The translations under genes and the position numbers were made by a program. Positions 19,994 through 30,884 of a stretch of DNA of 64,000 nt are shown here, piece by piece (position 1 is the stretch's first letter; the number at the start of each line of letters is the position of its first letter). The stretch is from Cyanobacteria bacterium J06626_4 (GTDB lineage: Bacteria > Cyanobacteriota > Cyanobacteriia > Phormidesmidales > Phormidesmidaceae), in the NCBI GenBank assembly GCA_038523235.1, contig JBCBJQ010000011.1, forward strand, positions 1 to 64,000, given 5' to 3'. The notes below the pieces were generated by a model. It was not told where the DNA came from. It did not search any database and saw only the letters and a program-made list of their open reading frames with translations.

Positions 19994-20230
19994 CTAAGTC
20001 TCTAATCCCGAAACGTTGCGGGCATCCTTATCGAGGTTTTCGCGACGCAGTTCATCGAAGTCAACCGCTTTCACGCCGTCTAGGTGGCCGCGACGCAACT
20101 CTTCGTGGGTGGTGGCGTCTTTGTCGAGATTTTCGCGACGCAGTTCATCAAAATCGACGCCGTAGGCGGCGGGCGCAATTGCCCCAGCAACTAACGCAAG
20201 AACTGCAAATACATTGGCAAACCGTTTCAT
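19994..20230 (-). CDS. Small secreted protein with repeated VDFDELRRENLDKDA motif, function unknown
   Basis: Sec-type signal (MKR...AAYG), GAGGAG RBS, own terminator; the repeat copies differ only at synonymous sites. Confidence 0.8.
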   Translation of the reverse strand: MKRFANVFAVLALVAGAIAPAAYGVDFDELRRENLDKDATTHEELRRGHLDGVKAVDFDELRRENLDKDARNVSGLET

Positions 20231-20671
20231 AGTCTGGTCTCCTCGATATTGATCGAGGAGGTGACCATTTATTTCTCAATGATCTGAACCTCAAAGGAAC
20301 AGAGAGAATCTCAGGTGCTGATCGATATTGGTCTTTAATTCAATGATTTCACTATGACGGTTGGGCCTGAGTCGCTGCTGATACTCATCTGAACGATGGA
20401 TGAGACTTGTCTGAGAAAACTGAGTCGGTGAAATGCAGTGTAGTTTTGGCCCAATTAAGCTGAACTCTTTACTCCATCTAGCTGTCTACACGTGAGCATT
20501 TGAGGATGGATGGGAACCTGGGGCAACGGGTCACAAAGCTTTAACAAAAGCCAGCGAACTGGGAAAATTCACTATCATCTATCTCAATTATTTCAATCCC
20601 TCCGACTGATGGATTAGCCAAAGGGATTGAGATGGATGAACCGCCGCCATTTACAAGATTAGCGAAGAGGT

Positions 20672-21196
20672 TTATGCACGCTTATGTCGCAGAGTGGAAC
20701 TTGCCCCCAGAGCACTTACCACTAAAAGCGCTAATGCTGACGCGGGCTCAGGAACACTCACCCCAGAATCATCTCGCAGCGTGGAAATGACGTCTCCTGC
20801 ACCGGTAATTTGACCGGGGACGTCGTAAGTAAAAAACGCCGCGTCAGGATCAAAGAAATCAGTGATAAAAGAAAACTCGCTAGTAGAGAATTCGAGTCCG
20901 AAGAAGATGCCGTCAACAAAGAGAACCTCGGGGGTGCCATCAGCCTCTGTGAAGTCATCACCGTTGAAGCTAAAGCTTAAGTCCGATACCGTGAGAAGTT
21001 CATCACCAGAACCGGTCAGACCACCGTCATCAAATTCGAAAAATCCAGTGAAGGTTTCGCCATTAAGGAAGCCAGAGTCAAGGTTGACTTCAAAATCGTA
21101 AATAACGCTGGCCGCATTTGCCGGAACTGCAACTGCCAATAGGCTAACTGCAGCCGCACCGACCATATATGCCAGTTGAGTAGACAAAGATTTCAT
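20672..21196 (-). CDS. PEP-CTERM sorting-domain surface protein
   Basis: Signal peptide (PANA), acidic/Phe-rich domain, and VPEP + hydrophobic segment + RHKR tail. Confidence 0.85.
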   Translation of the reverse strand: MKSLSTQLAYMVGAAAVSLLAVAVPANAASVIYDFEVNLDSGFLNGETFTGFFEFDDGGLTGSGDELLTVSDLSFSFNGDDFTEADGTPEVLFVDGIFFGLEFSTSEFSFITDFFDPDAAFFTYDVPGQITGAGDVISTLRDDSGVSVPEPASALALLVVSALGASSTLRHKRA

Positions 21197-21541
21197 AATT
21201 AATTGTGCTCAGTGAAAGGAACGTATCGACAATCAAAATCTACATAATTTCTCGTATAATTCAAAACCGTATTCAAGATTATCTTACGTAAACTTCAAAG
21301 TAGAAACCCCTATTAAACTGAACCTTCATATTTAATTTATTTTCCGAAATATATGCCGCCAAGATGAAGCAAGTTAAGCGTAAATATTGAGCCTAAATTA
21401 CTCTAGTTAACTGCCAAATTTATTGAAATTATATATGAATTAAAAAAGAAATTGCCCTCCTCATTTTTGTTGAGAAGGGCGATCGCACAATGAGACATTT
21501 AAGCTAGCTCAATGTTTTATTGAAAGAGAATTCAGCTTCAC

Positions 21542-24500
21542 TTAGAAAATGAAGTTGTCTGCATTATTCAACTCTGCAGAGGTGACCTCTTGCACTAATA
21601 AGAAAGAGCGTGCCCGACCAGAGCCCATAGCCCCATCTAGATCCAATGTAAGAATGGTGTCGGCACCCCGAGAGCGGAATCCCAAATACCCCTCGGCGAT
21701 TGGGTCAAGACCTACGAAGCCAACTCCTTCCAAGACTGCGCTTAAATCAATCTTGTCGCTACCAATCTCGAAGTCAGTGATAATATCGCCTGCTTCAACG
21801 ACACTGGTGTAGACAAAAGTATCATCACCACCGCCACTAGTGATGGTATCCCGTCCTTGGGAGCCAATAATGCGGTCATCGCCATCAGTACCAGTCAGGT
21901 TGTCACGTCCAGCAGTGCCGTCAACGACATTGACGGGCGCGGCGAAGGTGAGCCGAGTCAAAAGCGGATCGTGGTCACTGGCACGGCTGTCAGTTTCCGC
22001 AAACTCAGAGTTGACATGGACGATGTCAAACTCAGCGTCTGCCGCCAAATTCTCACTGACCAGAATGTGGTCAAGCGCTTGAGAATTTCCCTGAAAAATG
22101 AAGCTATAGCGCTCATCTTCCGGCAGCGTATTCGTCAAATTGATGAGGCCGCTATTGGTTTCCAGCTCTTCGACCGGGGAGACAAACTCGAATTCGTTAA
22201 AGTCACCCACGACCACCACATTGGCATCGTCTGCCAACCCATTGACGAAGCCTTGCACAGCAGCAGATTGAGCCTGGCGCTCATCGAGCGAACCGTTGAC
22301 GCTCACGTCTTCTTGGCGTTGGTCAAAGGGTTGCTCGACGCCCAAAATCGGCGCGCTGCCCCCCTTCGATGAGAAGTGGTTGTTCACCACGGTGACGGTT
22401 TCACCATTGAACTCAAAGTCGGCAACGAGCGGCAGACGAGCACCTTCAAAGGCTTCTCCCGCCCCCTGGCCGCCAATGGTTTGCACCGAGTCTGCCACCA
22501 AATCGACCCGGTCAGGGTTGTACAAAAAGGCGGTGCGAATGTTGCCGCCGGGCTGGCCGCCGCTAGCCTCATCAGTGATGAACGTGTTGTCAACAAATTC
22601 GTATTCTGGCCCGCCCGCCGCGACAATTTTATCGATCAGCAACTGTAGGGTCTCACTGGCGGAAGTGACATCGTCGACAATCTCACCGCCGGTATTGTCT
22701 TGCACCTCTTGCAGGCCAATGATGTCGGGGGAATTCAAATTGTTGACGATTTGTGCGGCGATCGCATCAAACCGACCATCACCCAGGTCATCATCGACAT
22801 TGCGCGCTTCACCATTGTTGGTTTTGGCCTGATCTTCGACAATGGGGTCCAGATTGAGAACGTTGTAGCTCGCGACGGTCAACGAATCGTCATCGCCAAC
22901 CAGGGAGCTGACGTCGGGCTGTAACCCAGCCGATTGAATGTTGCTGGTGAAATCTTCGGTGGGCAAGATTTCAAAATTGCCGAAGCCGTAGCTGACCACC
23001 CCCGTCACATCACCGAGGACGTCGCCAGCATTGACTTCGGGAAACGCAAAGTCGAAGACCCCAGAGTCTTCGTCAATTTGAACTTTTTCCGGGTTGAAGT
23101 CATCGGGGCTAATGTTCAGCGTGCCGCGATCGCTAAGGCCACTCGCATCGGCTCCACCGTCTACCACGGTAAAGATTTCACCAAAGCGGTTAGTCCCAGA
23201 GACGGCAACGGCGTTCTGAGCCGTCACGCGCATGCCTTCTAAAGACTCGAAGAAATCAATGCCGTCAGTGCTGGGATCAAAGCTGGTAAAGGCATCGTCA
23301 TCAATGTTTTCACTGGGGGGAACGCGCCCACCTTGACCCAAGATGACGGCTGCCGGTAAGGCATTTTCGCTGCTGATCACAGTGATGTCAGAGACGCCGC
23401 TAATCCGGGTCGTCGAGAGGTTGCGTGTGGAAGCTCCCCCTGGGGTAGATTCGGCAACAGTACCCGCTACTTCTAACTCATCGCCAACATTGACACCCGG
23501 AGCACTGTCTGTAAAGACGAAAATAGCATCAGAGGTGGCAATATTGCCGTCACCCACCGCGTCTTGCAAATAAAATCCGTTGGTATCCACCGCCGTCACA
23601 ATACCGGTGGTGGTCACCGTTTGACCCAGTAGCGGCGACGTATGAGCCGCCCCCTGAATGTCGAAAATGGCGGTTATTTCGTCGGGTGGTGGGGGCGCTT
23701 CGTTCGAAAAGCCCGGTGTATCAGCCGAGAAGTCACCAAATGCCAGGGGCTGAAATGAACCGGTGCCATCTACATCGCGAGCGATGCCAGCCGGAGGAAA
23801 GTTGCCATCTGGCCCAAGCACGGTGTTGCTGTAGTTCACATCGATGTTGCTGTCGCCATCAACGAGCGAAACCGAGTCGATGATGGTGCCGATCGCACTA
23901 TCAAAAATGCCATCATTATCAACATCTAAATCATCACCCGCTTGCCCAGTAAAGCTATCGACGACTAAGAAGGTAGAGGGCGAGCCAAAGAAGTCAAACG
24001 CAGCAATTTGGTCAGTGGCATCGACTTCAGCTTGGGAGATGAAACTACTAATATCTGCATTCGCCAGCAAGAAGAACCCATTTTCGTCGGTGGCAGCGCC
24101 GCTGAGGTCGAAGGCAAAGTCTACCTGACCGGGCTCAAACTCACCCGACAGCACGACCAGCGATAGACCGTCTAGTGATGTATTGGCAGCGCCAAAGAGT
24201 TCGACAAAGTTGCTGTCGTTGTCAGAACCACTCGGTGATGAGATTCGCAGCTCATTGATGCTGATATCGGGAACGGGAGTTCCGCCACCGTTTCCATCCA
24301 CGTTAAAGGGACCGTCAGCAAGGGTGGCGATGCGAGTATTGTTACCGTTCCAGTTGGTCGCATCGCTAATCGCGGCCAGTAGCTCTGCTTGTGTCCCAGA
24401 TGTTACCGATTCGTTATAAGTCGAGTTGTCAAATTCAGAACCAGCGCCGGGGCCTGCACCGACAGCGACAGCAGTTGTGCCGACGCTCAGTCCTGTTGGC

Positions 24501-24910
24501 AACGCAGAATTAGTTGAGGCACTTGCCGTTGATTGAAACTGCGTACTATTAGTTTGTGCCGCATAGATAAAAGTCGGGCTAGCCGATGGGCCTTGAAAGG
24601 CGATGACTTGATCGCCACTGGCAGATAGCGCAAAGCCATTGTTACCGACGTTGCTATCATTAGCCGTTTCAAAATCGGCATTGTCCGTGGTAAGTGAGAT
24701 CACCGTCCCAGCCGCTAGAGCGCTTGGTGCAGTATATTTGACAGCACCTTCATTACCTCTAAAGCTACCGTCGTCTAAAACACCGCTATCTGTAAAAAAG
24801 ATTTCTGTCCCAGCTTCAATATCTGTCAGTAAGACAAAAGTAAAGTCGTCTGGGTTATCTGCATTGATGCCAATGATGGCGAGATCGCCAGCTGTAAGTG
24901 TCGTTGCCAT
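21542..24910 (-). CDS. ExeM/NucH-type extracellular nuclease (exonuclease/endonuclease/phosphatase fold) with RTX-like C-terminus
   Basis: IFDIQGAAHTSP OB-like region, SYNVLN, GLQEVQD, NHFSSKGG, GDFN, LDHIL and SDHDP; GGxGxD-like repeats; no Sec signal. Confidence 0.85.
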   Translation of the reverse strand: MATTLTAGDLAIIGINADNPDDFTFVLLTDIEAGTEIFFTDSGVLDDGSFRGNEGAVKYTAPSALAAGTVISLTTDNADFETANDSNVGNNGFALSASGDQVIAFQGPSASPTFIYAAQTNSTQFQSTASASTNSALPTGLSVGTTAVAVGAGPGAGSEFDNSTYNESVTSGTQAELLAAISDATNWNGNNTRIATLADGPFNVDGNGGGTPVPDISINELRISSPSGSDNDSNFVELFGAANTSLDGLSLVVLSGEFEPGQVDFAFDLSGAATDENGFFLLANADISSFISQAEVDATDQIAAFDFFGSPSTFLVVDSFTGQAGDDLDVDNDGIFDSAIGTIIDSVSLVDGDSNIDVNYSNTVLGPDGNFPPAGIARDVDGTGSFQPLAFGDFSADTPGFSNEAPPPPDEITAIFDIQGAAHTSPLLGQTVTTTGIVTAVDTNGFYLQDAVGDGNIATSDAIFVFTDSAPGVNVGDELEVAGTVAESTPGGASTRNLSTTRISGVSDITVISSENALPAAVILGQGGRVPPSENIDDDAFTSFDPSTDGIDFFESLEGMRVTAQNAVAVSGTNRFGEIFTVVDGGADASGLSDRGTLNISPDDFNPEKVQIDEDSGVFDFAFPEVNAGDVLGDVTGVVSYGFGNFEILPTEDFTSNIQSAGLQPDVSSLVGDDDSLTVASYNVLNLDPIVEDQAKTNNGEARNVDDDLGDGRFDAIAAQIVNNLNSPDIIGLQEVQDNTGGEIVDDVTSASETLQLLIDKIVAAGGPEYEFVDNTFITDEASGGQPGGNIRTAFLYNPDRVDLVADSVQTIGGQGAGEAFEGARLPLVADFEFNGETVTVVNNHFSSKGGSAPILGVEQPFDQRQEDVSVNGSLDERQAQSAAVQGFVNGLADDANVVVVGDFNEFEFVSPVEELETNSGLINLTNTLPEDERYSFIFQGNSQALDHILVSENLAADAEFDIVHVNSEFAETDSRASDHDPLLTRLTFAAPVNVVDGTAGRDNLTGTDGDDRIIGSQGRDTITSGGGDDTFVYTSVVEAGDIITDFEIGSDKIDLSAVLEGVGFVGLDPIAEGYLGFRSRGADTILTLDLDGAMGSGRARSFLLVQEVTSAELNNADNFIF

Positions 24911-25107
24911 GTTAGAAATATCTCCAAATTTACACAGCGTCATCTGAAGCGATCGCCTCCACTTGCGATCGCCCCGTGTGGATATCAGTCAGATTGTTGA
25001 AGTATTTGTGGGCTGAAGCCGCTTTGCTCAAACGGCAAAGCAGCATCAAGGTCAATCCATGATGGAGCGCCGCAACCAATATTGGCTGCAGCACTCATCA
25101 AGGGACT

Positions 25108-28100
25108 CTATGCGGACAGCGCCGCCGCATCAGTCGGAGCCTCAAAGGGGCTGTAGGCGATGTCCGTGATGGCACCGCTGTTTTCGAGGAAGATCTCCAT
25201 GCGGGAGACCCCTTCAATACCTAGCGAGAGTTGTGCCTGTACGTTGTCGCCGAAGCCCTCAATTTCCTGGGTTTCGATGACGGTGTCATCGGCCCCGTAG
25301 AAGGTGATGAGGTTGTCTTCGCCCTGGTCGAAGTCAAATACGCCGACGCTGGCAACGTTGACCAAGCCATCAAAGTCGAAGTTAAAGGTGCCGCCATCCG
25401 CATTGTCATCGGGGTCAGAGGCATCACCATCTTCAGAGATGATCAACACCTTGCCCAGGTTGTCAGCGCGGAGGTCGAAGTCACGACCGGTGATGTTATC
25501 GGTGTCAAACAGCATGGCCCCAAACTCAGTGTCTGTGGAGATGCTGACGCCATCGAACTGGTTAGTGATGCTAGTACCAGCATCGAAACCTTCAAAGTCG
25601 AGGATTTCAGCAACAGGCTGCTCTGGGGCTTCAAATTCGTAGATGGTGGTAGTCCCACTCACTTCATTCGAAACTGCCAACAGCGCTTCACCCGTGGGGC
25701 TGTCCTCTGCCGAGATGAAGGTTAAACCTTCAGGACCAAGGTCACCTACTGCCGGGTTGGTGCTGCCATCGGCCAACTCCGCTTCCACGTCGAAATTGCG
25801 GTTGTTGAGGTAGTCAACAAAGCTCGCTTCGGCTGGGTTCGTGATGTCGTACACCATGACGCCGCCAACGCGCTCTAGGCCGATAAAGGCAAAGGTGCTG
25901 CCGTCGACTTCACCAATCACCACACCTTCAGGCTCGGGGCCTTTGGCGTCGCTGCGGCTGTCGAACGAACCGTTCTCATCGTTAGTGGAGTTGAAGTCTG
26001 CGGGGAAGAGGCTAGCGGTGATTTGCTCGAAATCGTCGCCACTGTCGAAGACCAGGTTGCCCTCAGCATCAAAGATGGTGAACGAGCGCGCGCCGTAAGC
26101 AAACAGTTGATCGAAGTCGCCATCGCCATCCGTGTCACCGTCGATGGTAGACACTTCCAGACGACCCAGGTTTTCCTCTAGTTGCAGTTCGTCTGCATTG
26201 GGGAAAGCCGTGGGATCAAGGACGAGGTCTTCAACCCGAGCATCTTCATCACGAGCGTCGCCTTCGTTGGCCGTCACAAAGTAGTTAGTGCCGTTGAATT
26301 CGTAGCTGGCGATCGCATCGGGCATGTATAGGCCAAACACCGGATAGGTTTCGATGTTGATGGCGTCGTCGCGATCGCTCGCGTCGATGCCGTTACCTTC
26401 GACGCTATGGTCTTTAGCGCCCAGACCAATGATGTCGGTCACTTCTTTGTTTGCAATATCGACCACAGCGACGGCATTGTTTTCCTGCAGGCTGACGAAG
26501 GCCTGAGTGCCATCGGGAGACACCGCGATGTATTCGGGCTCAGCGTCTTGAGAGAAAGTCGCATCGGGGAAGATGCGCACACCCTCAGCTCGCAGGTCGT
26601 CTTCTTGACCGTCAAAAGCTGTGAAGTCAGCCGTCTCAACGGTAGCGTTTTCCACCCCGTTGCCCAGGTCAATGATGCTGATCGAACCTTCAGGATCTAC
26701 GCCATCGTCTGGTTCGCCTTCGTTAGCCACCAACACCTTGGTACCGTCGGGCGTGAAGGTCACCATGTCGGGTAGAGCACCGACCTCAACCTCACCGAGG
26801 AAATCACCATCTGCGTCGAAGAAGACAATTTCACCGTTGTCAGTGACAACTTCGTTCTCAATTGCCACCGCGACGATGCCATCCTTCACCGCAACGCTGT
26901 TGGCCCCAGCCCCGAACTCGGTCGCGTCAATTTCACCGATTTTGGTGGGGTTGGTGGGGTCACTCAGGTCGAGAATATCGATGGTGACGGAGTTGGAGTT
27001 AACGACAAACAAGCGCTGACTGTCAGGGTCGTAGGCGTTAATCTCCGCCGCCCCGTCGTCAAAGACGCCGGTTTCAAAGGTGCCCAAGACGCTGAGCGGG
27101 CCTTCTACAGGGGTACTGCCGCCATCGTCATCCAAGATTGTATCTTCGCGGAAGTCGAGGTTTTGGATGCGCTCGTCGAGGTCGCGACCCGTGTCTGCTT
27201 CATCAAACGCGGCTTCCTCAAAGTTATCCAGCAGATACTCGGCTAGAGCGTCTTGCTCAGTACCGTCGTCGGCGAAGGTCGCGTCGCCAGTTTGGACGTC
27301 TTCTTGCTCTAGAGAAAGGAGGTTGACTCGGGCGACCACATCCGGATCGCCCAGTTCACCCGCCTCGGGGTCAGTATTCGTGTTCGGGAAGGGGTAGCCG
27401 TCACCACCGCCGGTGAATTCACCCGTCACATCGTCGAATCGGGGTGCCGCGAGGAAGCCCAGCGTGACAATGCGGAACTCTTCAGTGGGGTCGCCGACGA
27501 TTTCGCCATCGCGCACCAACTCTGCCACCAGATTGTCATCTTCATCGAAGATGGCGGCGCTTTGAATGCGATCGCCCTCAGGCAGATCAGGATCAAAGGA
27601 GAATTTCACGCCAGCAATTTGCGGGAAAGCACCCGCCACATCGGGCAGAGCACCGACTCCATGCTCGAGTACTGCCACCAACTCTTCTTTGGTTAGCGTT
27701 AAGAGGGTCAGGTCGTTGTTAAAGGCCAACGTAGTCTGAATGTCGTTTTGGCTAATGCCGCCTTCCGGCTTGACGACGTTACCATCGCTGTCAACGACTT
27801 CTGAATTAACCGTCCGCACGGCTTCTGTACCACCAGCAGGAACCAAGGTTTCACCGATAGAAGCGCGAATACCGCCCCCGTTTTTAAGCGAAACCACTAC
27901 CGTGGGGTCAGATTCTTTCGCGACTGCCAGGTTGGCGTCCGCTGTCAAGTTACCCAAGTTAGTTTCTTGAGTCCGCACACCGTCAGTATCATCCGCGGCG
28001 TCAGTACCGGAACGGTTACCGTTGAGGAAGACCTCTGAGGTGCCAAAGACGTTGGACTCAGTCAAGATGATCTGAGCTTCGATCGCATCGGCAATCGCCT

Positions 28101-29163
28101 GAATTTCTGGATCAACGAGACCTTCAGCGCCCAGATCGGCAACGCCCTGAGCATCGGTAGCGTAAGCCCCCGATACTTCGGAGTCATAGCTGCCCTCGAT
28201 GATGTTGCCGTCGGCGTCAAAGTCAATCACCAAGCGACCCACATACTTGTAGCTGCCATCAGTGTTGACCACAGCAGTGGTGGTGCCGCCGGCATTGGTG
28301 ACAAACTGAGGATATTCCCCTTGATCGCTGTCACCATCGCGGGGGCGATCGTTTTCGTCAAACAGACGCGTGTTGGAACCACCGGCAACGATAATATCGA
28401 CACCGACCAAACGCTCAGCGAGACCCAACTCAATGGTGAGTTGCTGCATGTGGGCCAACAACACAACCTTATTTAACTCAGGATTCGCCGCGAGCAGGGC
28501 ATCAACCTCAGTTTGAATTTCGGCTGCGAGGGCATCTAGTTGCTCAGGGGTGGGGTTGCTGTCAAACGGACTCGGAGAGATACCGACATCACCAGGGCTG
28601 GAAATGCTGGCCAGGGTGGGAGTGGTGGCGCCGACCACACCAACCGCCTCGCCATTGACGTCAATCACGACGGAAGAGGTAACTGTATTAGCCTCAGGAG
28701 TGCCACCACCCTCAACTTCTAAGGGGGCTAGAGCGGCATCCGTCGAGAAATCCAGGTTAGTAGATAGATAAGGGAAAGCCGCCCCGGCGAATTCTTCGTC
28801 GAGAATTGAGCCCAGGGAGCCATCCGCATCCTGCCCAGAGATGAGCCCAGCGAGCTCTTCAGTCCCAAAGTCGAACTCGTGGTTACCCAGGGCGATCGCT
28901 TGAATCCCCAACTCGTTCTGAATTTGAATATCAGCGATACCGGGGGCACCAAAGACCGGGCCAGAAGCGTCATAGAACAACCCTGGAATGATGGCATCCC
29001 CGGAAGACAGAAACAACGTATTGTCAGCTTCGCCATCAGCTCCTAAGTCTTGATCCTTGAGTGCCTGGACAACAGCAGATAAATTAGGCGCGTCGGTAAC
29101 AGCCGCGGCACCCGCTTCCTGGTCTGCGATGTGCAGCAGCTCGAGCGTAAACAACTCGTCCAT
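25108..29163 (-). CDS. Multidomain alkaline phosphatase / 5'-nucleotidase with choice-of-anchor I beta-propeller
   Basis: Metallophosphoesterase motifs (LLHIADQE, GD, GNHEFD), 5'-nucleotidase C-terminal part (RTQETNLGNL, NGGGIR), then AAEINAYD, ANEGE, PEYI and KGPEPEG. Confidence 0.85.
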   Translation of the reverse strand: MDELFTLELLHIADQEAGAAAVTDAPNLSAVVQALKDQDLGADGEADNTLFLSSGDAIIPGLFYDASGPVFGAPGIADIQIQNELGIQAIALGNHEFDFGTEELAGLISGQDADGSLGSILDEEFAGAAFPYLSTNLDFSTDAALAPLEVEGGGTPEANTVTSSVVIDVNGEAVGVVGATTPTLASISSPGDVGISPSPFDSNPTPEQLDALAAEIQTEVDALLAANPELNKVVLLAHMQQLTIELGLAERLVGVDIIVAGGSNTRLFDENDRPRDGDSDQGEYPQFVTNAGGTTTAVVNTDGSYKYVGRLVIDFDADGNIIEGSYDSEVSGAYATDAQGVADLGAEGLVDPEIQAIADAIEAQIILTESNVFGTSEVFLNGNRSGTDAADDTDGVRTQETNLGNLTADANLAVAKESDPTVVVSLKNGGGIRASIGETLVPAGGTEAVRTVNSEVVDSDGNVVKPEGGISQNDIQTTLAFNNDLTLLTLTKEELVAVLEHGVGALPDVAGAFPQIAGVKFSFDPDLPEGDRIQSAAIFDEDDNLVAELVRDGEIVGDPTEEFRIVTLGFLAAPRFDDVTGEFTGGGDGYPFPNTNTDPEAGELGDPDVVARVNLLSLEQEDVQTGDATFADDGTEQDALAEYLLDNFEEAAFDEADTGRDLDERIQNLDFREDTILDDDGGSTPVEGPLSVLGTFETGVFDDGAAEINAYDPDSQRLFVVNSNSVTIDILDLSDPTNPTKIGEIDATEFGAGANSVAVKDGIVAVAIENEVVTDNGEIVFFDADGDFLGEVEVGALPDMVTFTPDGTKVLVANEGEPDDGVDPEGSISIIDLGNGVENATVETADFTAFDGQEDDLRAEGVRIFPDATFSQDAEPEYIAVSPDGTQAFVSLQENNAVAVVDIANKEVTDIIGLGAKDHSVEGNGIDASDRDDAINIETYPVFGLYMPDAIASYEFNGTNYFVTANEGDARDEDARVEDLVLDPTAFPNADELQLEENLGRLEVSTIDGDTDGDGDFDQLFAYGARSFTIFDAEGNLVFDSGDDFEQITASLFPADFNSTNDENGSFDSRSDAKGPEPEGVVIGEVDGSTFAFIGLERVGGVMVYDITNPAEASFVDYLNNRNFDVEAELADGSTNPAVGDLGPEGLTFISAEDSPTGEALLAVSNEVSGTTTIYEFEAPEQPVAEILDFEGFDAGTSITNQFDGVSISTDTEFGAMLFDTDNITGRDFDLRADNLGKVLIISEDGDASDPDDNADGGTFNFDFDGLVNVASVGVFDFDQGEDNLITFYGADDTVIETQEIEGFGDNVQAQLSLGIEGVSRMEIFLENSGAITDIAYSPFEAPTDAAALSA

Positions 29164-29463
29164 AAATCCCTCTTAATACATTGAGAATCGAACAGCACAA
29201 CAATTCAGAGCCAGCCCTAGAGCTGACCCCAAACTGAGAGTCGTCAACAAACTTTTGTCAGCGCACAGTGTTGGAGATCAAATGCCTACTTAATAGAGGC
29301 GCATCCATCATTAGAAGGTCAGCTTTAGGAGCCGGGTCTAATGGCTCTAAAACACCGCTCGGGTCGGTTGCCAAAATCAGAAAACGGGTTTCTGGGGTTT
29401 TAGCAGAACCGGTGAAAGCGCATGTGATCTCCAATTGTGTTCATAGGTAACTTTCTCAGACCA

Positions 29464-29493
29464 ACTTAAAGCGACGGTAAAGCCAGACTTAAG
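29464..29493 (-). promoter_or_regulatory. Candidate SphR/PhoB Pho box
   Basis: Minus strand CTTAAGTC-tgg-CTTTACCG-tcg-CTTTAAGT has an 11-bp period and resembles CTTAACCT; it lies upstream of the phosphatase. Confidence 0.45.
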
Positions 29494-30098
29494 ACTTCGT
29501 GCAAATACGGAGCATTCATCATCACTTTATGACTTACTAAGACATTTCATGATTGCTTTACAAAGAAGTTCCGGATGATTGCGTGAAAGGCCCAATGGGC
29601 CGTTAAGCCGCGATCTCTGGCCCGATCACGCACGGAGCAAAATTTCACTCAGAGTCTCAGACTGACAGCAGATGTGCCAAACTACACCGGCGACGATTTG
29701 GCACAGGTTAAGTTCCCGTTAATTTTGAGGCGGTCTGGCAGCGGCGGGTGGCCCTATTGTCGAAACATCCTGACCATCCCGATCTCACGCTTAATGTTGC
29801 GCTATGACCGGTCATCCCCCCCGAATGTTTCCAGGCTCAGCGCGATCGCTCCCCCCTTTATCGCAATGCTCAGCCAAGAAACTCCCAATGCCATTTGATC
29901 CGGCTGGGGCGCGTGGGGGCAGAAGCATAAGATTCACGCTGCGGCGGATAAGAGTCAGCAATCTGGCCATGCTCAGTGATTGGACTTTCCAGTGGCCTGA
30001 AGGTTGGGGGCGATCGCCCCCAGCACCACGGTATGACCAGCGGCTTACCGTGACACCGTGCTAGGGTACCAGCCTACCCGTCCAGGGTCTCGCCACCG

Positions 30099-30884
30099 AT
30101 GCTGCGATGGCAAGACGATAGCGAGAACGATGCGATGGCCAGCAATCCCCCTAACGCCCCCCCACCTGACGCTGCGATCGCTGCTCACGAGGCCGATGCC
30201 GGTTTATATCACTCCACTCTGATTGACCTGACTCAGCTGATCGCAACGCCCGAAAGTTACGACTTTTTTACCTTTCGGCCCCATGTCAAAAAGCTCATGC
30301 TTTCTGGGGCCGCCGATACCAAGCACATCAGCATTCTTTGGTACGTCGGGCCCGATGGTCGCGTCGGGCGGCACTTCCATGGCATGACTGAGGCCGTCTA
30401 TGCGATCGCCGGTACGCAAACCGATGACCAGGGCGTTTACGCCACCGGCTCGCTCTGTTTCAACCCGCCCGGCAGCAGCCATGATATCTCAGCCAGCAGC
30501 GGCTTTTTTATCCTGGCTTACGCGTCGCCCCCCGACTTTGACAAGCCGGCCGCGGTTGAGGACTTTTCCCCAATCCACATCGATACTACCGAGCCTGACT
30601 TAGCAACCCGCTATCCGTGCACAGTAAGACAAGATGGTGTCTGCGTTTACGACATCCCGCTGGATCCCGCTGGGGGCATGAGTGCTCAACTGATCCACAG
30701 CACGACGCTAGAAAGCTACGCCTACGACGGCAATTATCTCCTTGTCCTAGAGGGGCGTTGCTGTATCGATGGGATGCACTGCGAGCCGCAGATGTTAATG
30801 GTAGCGAATACCGTGGCGCCTCAGTCCTACCACGTCAGGGCGGTGGCGGGTCAGGCTTGCTTCGTATTCGGGCTGTCTTTTTAG
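30099..30884 (+). CDS. Cupin-domain protein (ChrR-like cupin)
   Basis: HFHGMTEAVY and NPPGSSH cupin motifs; start uncertain. Confidence 0.65.
   Translation: MLRWQDDSENDAMASNPPNAPPPDAAIAAHEADAGLYHSTLIDLTQLIATPESYDFFTFRPHVKKLMLSGAADTKHISILWYVGPDGRVGRHFHGMTEAVYAIAGTQTDDQGVYATGSLCFNPPGSSHDISASSGFFILAYASPPDFDKPAAVEDFSPIHIDTTEPDLATRYPCTVRQDGVCVYDIPLDPAGGMSAQLIHSTTLESYAYDGNYLLVLEGRCCIDGMHCEPQMLMVANTVAPQSYHVRAVAGQACFVFGLSF

Noticed and set aside
21549..29036. Many antisense ORFs over the two large acidic genes
   Set aside because: Shadow ORFs caused by codon bias on the coding strand.
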